Assembly: GCA_973895155.1 (NCBI GenBank)
Contig: OZ316898.1
Coordinates: forward strand, 10,072,286 to 10,136,285
Source: Marsupella aquatica
Lineage: Eukaryota > Plantae > Marchantiophyta
DNA: 64,000 bases
Direction: 5' to 3'
The notes beneath the pieces were generated by a model. The model was not told where the DNA came from. It made no database searches and saw only the letters and a program-made list of their open reading frames with translations. Shown piece after piece: positions 51,434 through 61,105 of this stretch. The translations under genes were made by a program, and so were the position numbers. The number at the start of each line of letters is the position of its first letter. Position 1 is the first letter of the stretch.

Positions 51434-54400
51434 CTATTGCAAATCATCAACCTCATCATATTCCATTTGCCCAGGTTTATCATATGTCTCTCTCAATGTT
51501 AAGGGGATGTAGTCAGTCCTTGCCCGAGTTGGAAGTACAGTCTCATGACTAGGATGCTCGAATGCAGCATGGTCATCCAAACTGAACTCTACTTTACTTC
51601 CATCCATCCGCCTATTCCGTGCTTGGCTATGGCATACCACCCTCTAGCCATGTGACTCCTCCACATCTGCAAAGAAAGCTTGTTCAACTTGGCTAGGGAA
51701 AACAAAAGGCTCAGACCATTCTGGTACTCTGGACCTAAAATTGGCCAACAAGAACCCATCATGATCACGCTTCATGGTGGCCCTTGGTCTCTGCCACTCT
51801 GATTTCACCCATGATCCCTTCATCAATATCACTGGGACACTTGTGTTACCATAATTCAACACCCAAATGTCGGTCAACTCCCCCACGTAACCCATCTTCA
51901 TCCACCCCCTCTGTTCTTCAGAGGTTCTCTGCTCAAACACAGAAATCAAACCACAATCATATGATACACAATGGTCACCCTGCTCATCCCTCACTCGATA
52001 ATGATTTCCATAAGCTCTCATCCGTTTGTAGGTCAGAATAGACAATCGTGGTGGCACAGATAGAAGATACAAATCCTTCTCCATACCTGGGTGATGTCTA
52101 CTATGCTCTCGAATTGTCACCCGAATCCATTGCTCGAACTGTGGGAAGGGATCCTGCTGCCCAGAGTGTGCAGCTTTTTGCATATCATATTCCCTGCAAT
52201 ATGAGGTACAGGCATAGTTAGGTCTAAACAACACATGACAACCTAAGATCACCCTTGGAACAGACAAGAAGCATCACAACAAAGGCAAGTCAATTCAATC
52301 ACTCACCTCCACCATGGTTGCATAGGCTCTGTGTTTGCCAGCACATATGAATGAGCCTTGTCTCGAATCGCAACAGGCAGCTGAACAGCACGTCCCACAC
52401 CTTCAACAACCTTGCCACTCACTCCATCATCTTCACCAGATTTCCAAACTCTTGTCATAGCTTCACCAGACCCAGCCATGTACTCTGTTAGGAATCCCAA
52501 CGTCTCATCCTTAATGTACCCCAATGCCATGGAAGCCTCTGGCCTGTAGTATGTTCTCACATGACCTTTCAACAACTTCATGTATCGCTCCATAGGGTAC
52601 ATCCATCTGGTACTGACTGGCCCATACTGCCCTAGCTCTTCTACCACATGGATTAGGAGATGAGTCATAACATCAAAGAAAGCAGGGGGGAAGTATATCT
52701 CCAAGTCATAGAGGACATAAGCAGCATCCTGCTTCAACTGCTCCAATCCTTGGGGATCCCACACTTTCACACATATACGGCGAAATACATTGCACAGTCG
52801 AAGAATGACATTACGGACTGGTTTCTGCATGAGACCTCTGAGGCATAGGGGCAGAATGTGCTGCATCAACACATGGTAGTCATGTGTTTTCATACTGCCA
52901 AGTTTATTCTTTGTAATATGCTTCTTGAAGGCACCAGCATAGCCAGAGGGCACTTTCAAACAGCTCAATCTATACAAGAATGTCTTCCATTCATCCTGTG
53001 TGCACACATAGGGAGCTTGGAACTTGAGAAGTACTTTGGGATTGCTTGCATGGGGCTTCAACCAAAGGTGAGGGCGAATCCCCTTCTGTTGCATATCAGC
53101 TCGAACTGCTCCTGTATCTTTCTCACCCGACAAGAACTTCAGCAAGCTCTCACAAATATTTTTCTCAATGTGCATGACGTCCACATTGTGTTTGCTGGGC
53201 TCGAATTCCTGCACTCCACAAAGCAAAGAATTCAACAACAGAAACACTAATTAACCACATAGGAGGATTGTAACCAACATCAATCCACCATTGCTCCAAT
53301 CTAAAATTGCAATCATACAGGGGCTGGAGGCTAAGTACATTACCCTCCAGTACTCCAACTCCAAGTCCATCAAGGTCTGTCTTTTCACACCGTGTTTCAC
53401 CACTGGATCCTCAGGTTCTCGATCAGTGGCACTTCTCTTGTCCCAATCAGCCTTCCTGGCTGCCCACCTCAGGACTTGCTCTCTGGTGACCCTCTGTGGT
53501 GGGCCACGAAGCTCTGTTTTGTTGTTGAAGTGTGCAATTTGAGACCGTGTGTGCCTGTAAGGATGATCAACAGGCAGATACCTTCTATGCCCCTGAAATT
53601 TCATACTGTGCAGGGCATGCGACCACTCACTTGTCACATTTTTCCCACATGGTGTGCACCCCACATAGCCCTTTGTCACTCGTCCAGATATGATGCCATG
53701 GCCTGGGTAATCTGCTATATCCAGCAAACAAATTGCATGCAGTCTAAAGGGGCTGGGTCGAAGAAGCCCCTTCAGAACATCATGGGTTAACACCCCTTCT
53801 ATCCACAAAGTCTTCCACTCTTCCACTGCTGGAGCCAACATGATATCTATGAATTGCTCGGTCACAGAAGCTGGTCCAGGGATTAACAGCACCATCATGA
53901 CAAAAAACCTCTTTGTAGTCATCCATGGGGGAAGGTTGTAATTTAGCAGCGTAACCGACCAACATGAATAACGGTTGTTTTTGTCTCCAAATGGGTTTAC
54001 TCCATCCAGTGATAGACCAAATCTAAAGTTCCGCTTCTCTGCAGCAAACTGTGGCCACCTCTCATCAACAAATTTCCAATGGTTGGAATCTCCAATGTGA
54101 CGCTGCAGGCCATCACTGCTCTTGTTATCAGGAGTCCATGTCATCAGCTTGGAAATGGCAGGGCATCTAAACAGACGTTGTAGTCTAGGAATGAGAGGAA
54201 AATGACGAAGAACCTTGGCAGGGTGTGTACATTTCCCTACATTCTTGTACCTGTGCTTACCACAATGAGGGCATGTCAATTTATCTGCATGCTCTTTGCG
54301 AAAGAGAACACACCCATCAGGGCATGCGTCAATAGACACATAGTTCAGCCCAAGGTTAGACATCAATTTCCTAGCCTCGTACATATTTTTTGGAATTGAA

Positions 54401-55134
54401 TTACCATCTGGTAACACATTTCGGCGCAGGAAGGTCAACAACTCTGTCACAAATATATTGGGAACATTGTGATTGCCACAGATGTTCAACAACAACACGA
54501 CAAAACCCAGCTTGGAGCAGTTCGAACCCTCGTAGATAGGAATGCAAGCTTCTTTGATGTGTTTTGGGCCCCCAAACACCCACTCCCTCTCTGCTGCACC
54601 TTCCCCAATGTCAAAGTCAGGTTCAGCTTGGCCGTCGCCAATGTGTGGCTGCGGTTCATTGTCCTCTTCTGATTCCACTGTGTCGTAAAAAGCATCAAGG
54701 TCTTCAAAAATCTCTTGAACCATTCTTGGGACATCCATCCCACCGTCCTCAGTGACTGCCTCTCCATCTCCATCTTGGTCATCCACGTTCTCATGTTGGA
54801 CCCCAGGACCATCCTCTGCACAGTCTATGTCCTGCTCTACGTAGTCTCTACGCCTAGCTATATTAAAATCCACAAAGTCAGCTCTCCACTCTTCATCAGA
54901 GGAGTCTTCTTCTGCTGGTACATTCCAAACCCTCCACTGAGGGTGCCTTTCATGCCGCAGCAGGTGAAGGTGCACAGTGTTCAAACTCAACGACTTGAAT
55001 CCTTGGCACTGTGTGCATGGGCATCTCATCCTCCTACTCCTACCTTGGGCGGCCCGGGCTTGTTCACGCATCCACAATTTAGAATCATGATGCCTAATCC
55101 TAAATGGGTTGTGAAGAGGCAACCTTGGAGCCAT
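51434..55134 (-). pseudogene. CACTA TnpD transposase; exons 55134-53344, 53208-52307 and 52193-51434; one premature TAG at 51644-51646
   Basis: CPCTQC..HLLRH N-terminal domain, IDACPDGCVLF, LRHFPLIPRLQRLF, LSLDGVNPF, NYNLPPW, DIADYPG, DVMHIEKNICE, MKTHDYHVLMQ, FFDVMTHLLIH, RWMYPMERYM, EPFVFPSQVEQAFF, then HG*RVV where W is expected. Confidence 0.95.
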
Positions 55135-55460
55135 CACTATACACACGCACTCAGCACCCTGTCATTTTATTATGCAAGTGAAAAATACACTTCCTGTTAA
55201 GGATTTCACCCCCGACTGTACTTGCCAAAATACGTAACGTTCCAAAAAAACAAAAAAACAAAAAATATAGGTGCTTGAGTCATGTACCTATTCTCAAGTG
55301 AATGAGACAAAATTCCTAAATGTTTGAGGGTGTCAACTCCTCCACTGTCCTCACATGTATTGCCTCTGCACGTACATCCATGACCATATCAAAGTCCAAT
55401 CATGTATAGTCATAGACACAGGTGCCAGGTGCGAGACCGGTGTGAGATGTCCTCATCTTA

Positions 55461-55934
55461 CTACCACATCAAATACGGATACCAATCCTGTTGTCGATGC
55501 CACTCAGCCCTGAGGTACTCAGGCATGTACATTAAGTCATCAAGGTCTAAACCCTGCTCATGCCATGGTGGTCTTCGATCCGTGCCTACAAGCAGTGGCA
55601 GCAGTGCCCTCCATGGTGCACATGTTGCTACCAAGTCCCTCCACTGGGTACTAATTAGTCTATATTTGCAGATATCTTGTGCGCCAGACACCACAAGAAC
55701 CCTCGGCCAGACATGTGTAAGAACTATATCATCTGCCAAATCAGGCAACAAGGAACCACCTACAGCATCGTGCTTGTCTAACTCATCTGCTGAAAAGTAA
55801 ATGTCCTCTTCCGACTGTGCATCCTCATTCACCACAGCATTCACAACACATCCAAGGTCTGCAGGCATTATCTCGGATGGAGCTACACTTTGTCTGGTTA
55901 CCAATCCACACAAGTAAGCCCAAGCAGTAGCCAT
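55461..55934 (-). CDS. F-box-like protein (CACTA cargo), 157 aa
   Basis: SLLPDLADDIVLTHVWPRV........YRLISTQWRDLV fits the plant F-box consensus LLPxLPDDI...I..RV...R.V...WR.LV. ATG at 55934. Confidence 0.7.
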   Translation of the reverse strand: MATAWAYLCGLVTRQSVAPSEIMPADLGCVVNAVVNEDAQSEEDIYFSADELDKHDAVGGSLLPDLADDIVLTHVWPRVLVVSGAQDICKYRLISTQWRDLVATCAPWRALLPLLVGTDRRPPWHEQGLDLDDLMYMPEYLRAEWHRQQDWYPYLMW

Positions 55935-56170
55935 GCACGATGCAACCCGTAGGAGGACCCTACATAGGGCCTGACGGTCTGGAAGAGGCAGCATACCCAT
56001 CAAAGTCTTCAGCCAAACAGAGCCCAGCAAGTAGATTCACAGTCACACCCCACGCAGCAGGAAACAACAATCACTTCAACTGCGACCAACCATGACAAGA
56101 TGAGTTAGTTCAAGGATCACATTTATTACAAAATTGTGATTTATACAAAAATATGAGGGACTCCTACTCC

Positions 56171-57019
56171 TCACTCTCTCCCACCTTTGCTAAGCATACA
56201 TCTCCGCTGAATCTTGGAGGGCCAGGCCTCAAAAATATCAAAGTCCCAAGCATTCTGTCGCTTTCCTCTAGCTGCTGATTCCAGAAGCCAATCAGGGGAA
56301 AGCACCCAAAGATTGTTGTTCATGACAAAATCACGCACTGTTGTCTTAAAGAATTTTCTGCATATTTTCATGTATGACAGACCTACAACATGAGTGGAGG
56401 TTTCTGTTAGACTCTCCTCCACTGTCCCACCTAGCTCAACAACTATAGACTTGTACAATCTACACTTAGTCTCCCCAATTCCTTCTTCTGCAAATACCAC
56501 ACTGAACCCCTTCATAATGGTATTTCTCTCCTTGCCATGCTCATTCAATATAGCATCTGCACGCATAGGATGGTGTCCTATGTTGACAACAGGTCCATAT
56601 TGGACAGAAGCAAAGTTGGGTTTCTCTGCCGCTGCTTCATAGGCTTCCTTTTCAGCCAAAGCCTCTACAGTGGCCTCCTCACTCTCCCACAACTCATATT
56701 GCTCAGTACTCTGTACACACCTATGTTTAACAGAATCGGTCAGCCAAGAGACTTCAACTACTTTTAGACCTTGGTTGGTAATGGCAGAATCAATGAAGGA
56801 CCATGACCAGTTGTTCATCACATCCAGCCATGTCCCCGCAACAACATGTGTAGTCTGTGGAGTGATGTCCTTGACTTCAGTCCCATGGAACTCTGAGAAT
56901 CGTTTTTGTACGATTGGCCAACTCACTTGGGTGAACCCATAGTGGCCAGGAATCAAAATGGCTTTGATTCCAGCCAACAGAGGCGGGTGGTCAACCTTTG
57001 TACGTTTCCTAGAGGCCAT
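56171..57019 (-). CDS. Double-BRCT protein (CACTA cargo), 282 aa
   Basis: Two BRCT units: G.EVKDITPQTTHVVA...VVEVSWLTDS....Y, and LGGTVEESLTETSTHVV...VLSPDWLLES. Basic N-terminus MASRKRTK. Intact and intronless. Confidence 0.85.
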   Translation of the reverse strand: MASRKRTKVDHPPLLAGIKAILIPGHYGFTQVSWPIVQKRFSEFHGTEVKDITPQTTHVVAGTWLDVMNNWSWSFIDSAITNQGLKVVEVSWLTDSVKHRCVQSTEQYELWESEEATVEALAEKEAYEAAAEKPNFASVQYGPVVNIGHHPMRADAILNEHGKERNTIMKGFSVVFAEEGIGETKCRLYKSIVVELGGTVEESLTETSTHVVGLSYMKICRKFFKTTVRDFVMNNNLWVLSPDWLLESAARGKRQNAWDFDIFEAWPSKIQRRCMLSKGGRE

Positions 57020-57616
57020 GTACACACGGGCCACCTAATCACTGCAGACCGGAAGATAATGCGTTCACCTGATAATCGGAGGGCCCTTAAAATGCTGCGT
57101 TTATAACTTGGTCCAGTCCAGTCGTCTGGTGAGTCTCTGCTCCGATTCCAAACGGGAGAAATATTGGGACAAACGTACTAGACACCTGCAAGCATGCACC
57201 TCATAGTTTGAATATGTGCCTTCACAATATTGAAGGTGACAAGTGCAATTGTTTTGTGATGCCACATACAGATGTTGTAAATGGGCAGACATTCAATGAC
57301 AATACAAAATGTTGGTACACTTTAAGGGAATTCTCGCAAATTAAATAGCCTTGTAACTTATATGCTCATAATGAGAAGTCCTGATTTAATTTAAGCAGTG
57401 TCATGTAAGTCGTGATCAAAATGATTGCAGAGTTAAAAAAGTTCCTAGAAGGCTTAAGGGGAGTTTTGAAGGCATGTACCCAGGAACAAGTAATGAACTT
57501 AGGGTACTTGTTGCCTAAGCATCCTCTCCTACAGAGGTCCTTCTTCTCAAAATTGGAATGTCTGCAATCTCCAAGGTATCCACATCAGGTGCACTATGCA
57601 TGTACATTATTCAGGT

Positions 57617-58297
57617 TCAAAGCCAAGAAATGTGATCTCTCAGGGGAGTGTGCAAAGTAGGATCTATGGCATGGCGATGACAATAGAAGATCCATCGATC
57701 AACACCATGTGCAGAGTGATCATAGATGTGTCTGTCACAAGCATAGCCTTCTGCTTGACGCTCCTTCAAACAATGAAAGTGCCACATGGTGGGACACCTA
57801 ACACAGTGGACTATGTCCACCCAGAAATCTTCATCGTGCTGACCACATGCCTTGCACTTATGAAGTGGGCAAGCTGTGGCAAGATCGGGCAAACATGAAA
57901 AACAAAAGAACCTCACACAATATCTGTCAGGGCATTTCCTAACAAGTGGTGGAGCATCAACAGAGCCCTCATAAGACCCTAACTTCCCACACTGTGCACA
58001 CTTAGCCTACTTCTCCAAACAATCAGTGCACATCCAGCCTCCCTGGTGTGCTGACGGGAGGCCCACCCCTGGACAGTTGTTTTCTGCAGCAAGGTCAGAC
58101 TCCGGGTTGAGGTGGAAATGCCTCATGCAAGGGCCCTCACATATGGCTAAGCCACCACCATCGTCACAAATGGCACAACAATGAGCTGCCTTCTGGAAAA
58201 TCTGACTTGCGGAGAAGTTACTACCATCTGGCCCAACTACACCTGTGTTGCTCACCTCTGTCCCCCGCTTCTTGGCTCGGATTTTAGGGCGTGCCAT
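57617..58297 (-). pseudogene. EDM2-type composite PHD-finger gene (CACTA cargo), 226 codons with one in-frame TAG at 58007-58009
   Basis: The two track ORFs are in the same frame: CAICDDGGGLAICEGPCMRHFH...WMCTDCLEK*AKCAQCGKLGS...KCPDRYCVRFFCFSC...CPLHKCKAC...CVRCPTMWHFHCL...IFYCHRHAIDPTLHTPLRDHI. This is colinear with the PHD region of EDM2 as I recall it. Confidence 0.88.
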
Positions 58298-58966
58298 GCC
58301 TACGCCTGAGACAGATAGTACAATTTAGCAGAGTGCACAGACAATACAATTTAGTGCAGTGTACAAAAAGTACAGTGTAGCATATAGACTAGAGTGGCAA
58401 TTGCTACTGCAATGAAATGTTCACACACATGTGCAGAGTACACATACTTTTTGGTTTGTTGAGCCCACACTAAAAACTGATCCCCTCGTACAATAGCTCC
58501 ACCTACACCTCAATTTTGTGGCTATGATTCACCAAAGGAGATCTGCAACAAGATTTAATGCATTTGAATCACATATAACAGTCGTGACATGTAAAACAGG
58601 CATTTTTTGAACAAGATTGGTATCAAGCAGTGTGATCAGGGTTGTAATTTATACATCCTAAATAGGCTATGATAGTGAATGAGACAAATAAGTTAGGCAT
58701 AAATCACTTTTTCCAGGTTATCACATGGCCCATTAATTCCAGTCTTTGAAAGGAGACTTTTAAGTGAGCTTGCTAGCCTCTTAAATTAGGATATTGTACT
58801 TAGTGCAGCCATAATAGGATAAGTTATGTACTGTTGACCGTAAACCCTGGACCCAAAATTGCTCATAATTCAAAATCTTAAGTAAATATCCTCTCTGTTC
58901 AAGTCAAAGTGTTAAGTTATAGGTCAATGGTCTCTGGTCTGTGCATGCGGTGTGACAAGTGGTCTT

Positions 58967-59365
58967 CTACAGCGTGTGATCCAAACATGTGTAGACACCA
59001 AAGTGACCGGTGGTGGGGTCTGGGAGGGCAGGACAAGTGACATCGCCAGGCACACTGCAGGATGGCGAGTGGTTCCAGATGATACATTGTGCTCTGTGAA
59101 AAAACCGACATCCAAGAGAACGGTCATCCAACTCTAGGCCAGAAGCCCTACAGGCAAGACAGTCATATTGGCAACTGTGCACACACCCTTGGGCCCTAAT
59201 TTGTGGCGAGTCATGTACGAGAGACAAAAATACCAAGGATGTTGGGAAGGGTGGAGAAGCAGGTACAGGGCGGCTGTAGTTATTCCTGGCAACAACTGGG
59301 TACTCAAAGTACCATGCAGACTGGGCTGGAAGGATCCCAAGTCTGACATACTCAAGGTGCAACAT
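58967..59365 (-). CDS. Cys/His-rich hypothetical protein (possible CACTA cargo)
   Basis: Open frame, co-oriented with the other cargo, containing CVHSCQYDCLAC...CRFFHRAQC...C...C...C.DH. ATG at ~59365 preceded by AG acceptor-like sites. No family recognised. Confidence 0.35.
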   Translation of the reverse strand: MLHLEYVRLGILPAQSAWYFEYPVVARNNYSRPVPASPPFPTSLVFLSLVHDSPQIRAQGCVHSCQYDCLACRASGLELDDRSLGCRFFHRAQCIIWNHSPSCSVPGDVTCPALPDPTTGHFGVYTCLDHTL

Positions 59366-60958
59366 CTCTGCCTTGCGTGCAAGCCGCACATGTTCAGCAT
59401 TGCGGGTCCTCACCATAAGTGTTGCTTTTGTGGAGTGTCGTGTGTTCACGTCCTCTGATAAGCACCTTCGATCAGCAAGGTGAGCAGGAGCTGTACTTGC
59501 CTCACCAACAGCAACCAACCTTAAATTATCAGTTCCCACTCACTGTGTCATTCCATTGGTTCCAACTAGGGGTCACAATGTAAACATAGCATGAAACACT
59601 CCTAATCAACTTGCTTACAAACTACAATATCCAGAAAGAGTGAAAGTCTCACCCTCCAGTGAGCAGCAGAGAGGTAGTTCACTGGATGTGTTGATGTGCA
59701 GTTAAACCTCCACTATTGCTTACTTCCGGTGTATGCTGCTCAGTCGGAGACATATTAGTAGCAGCAAATTGCAAATAATGGCCATAAGCAAACCGTGAGA
59801 GTTTGCAGAATGCTACGACAACTATTCATCCATCACAACAGTGCTCCACAGGAATGAAACCAAGCAAAATTTGGTGACCTTGGCCAATGACAAGGCCAAT
59901 GTAGTTCACAATCCTTGACCGATCAGGATATGGATTGGAATTACAATTAGTCAGCTCTTCTTCTTCTTTGTTTTCTAACTCTGGGGCAAATGAGCATGAC
60001 CAGGGAATTCTCTGAGAAATAGAAGTGCACAGGGAAAATGAAATTGGCTCATTGAGTTGCGCAAGACCGCCCACTGCAGCATAAACAAACTCATGAAGTG
60101 GCAGAAAGGATAGCGTCGCCACAAGCGCAAAATCCCGACAGGTTTAAGCTGCAAAAAACTAACCCATCCAAATGTGATTGCAATGGTGTTGAGGTCGTCT
60201 ATTCACCACCCCACTCCACCGTGGGAGCATTGGGCACAAGGCATGTTCGGATCCAGGGAGGAGCAAAATAGTCATGTGAAGCAACAAGTGTGGAGAGACC
60301 AATAAGTAAACAAAAATAGGGAAGAACAATGCGGTGATCATGAGCAGCAGGAAACAAGGAAGTTGATTTGGGAGGGATTGTAGGGACAGAGCTTTTGGTG
60401 GGCTTGGCTGCGCGTTCATATCGGAAGATAGATGCGAGAGAGTGTGAAGAGGGTGGCAACCAACAAAGGCAGTGGCAAGCAAGCAAGCAATACACGATGA
60501 TAGCGGCAATCGGCAATGGCGGTGGGAGGCAGCAATAGGCTAAATGACTATTCAGTACCAATCCGCAGCTCGTCCGATGAGAATGAGTGACATGAGGAAA
60601 ATGCCAACACACTGACCCACTACCAAGAAGAAAGAAAACCAATCTCAACCACCCTCTATCATCAATGACAGGACATATATTCAAAAATCCAAGCTGCAAT
60701 TGACGGAAACAATAACATAAACAGAATTCTGAACATAAACTGCTCATGAAGCTTTCGAGATCATATATTCCAAGAGCAAATGTGAACATGCCAATATATG
60801 AAAGCTCTGGCATATAGGGCATTGCATTCCATAGAGACGTCTGCACCAAAGAGCTTGGAAGCAATTGCCTATCTGCTGGAAGCAGGAAACATATATGTAA
60901 ATCCCAAGCCCATACTACATTGGAGATGATCAGCTCACTCAGACAGACATTGCATTTT

Positions 60959-61105
60959 GATTAACCAAATGTAGCAGGCTAGCAGAGGGACGAAGGATAG
61001 GGCCAACACTAATGCACAACAGTGAACAACTATGATTAACCAAATGTCAGTAGCAGGCCAGCAGAGGGACGGAGGATAGGGCCAACACTAATGCGCAGTT
61101 GTGAA
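60959..61105. repeat. ~76-bp direct duplication inside the CACTA element
   Basis: GATTAACCAAATGT...AGCAGAGGGACG(A/G)AGGATAGGGCCAACACTAATGC occurs twice. Confidence 0.85.

Noticed and set aside
58007-58009. Stop codon repaired by RNA editing or read-through
   Set aside because: U-to-C editing is organellar. Methylation-driven C-to-T mutation is simpler and the same change occurs in neighbouring TEs.
56171-58297. PHD and BRCT as a single BRCA1/BARD1-like spliced gene
   Set aside because: The PHD frame ends in its own TGA at 57617 and the BRCT ORF has its own ATG. The PHD is EDM2-like. A fusion by splicing is not excluded but is unsupported.
59826-60122. KH-domain-like string NYIGLVIG
   Set aside because: Too short, lacks the GxxG continuation, and is probably chance.
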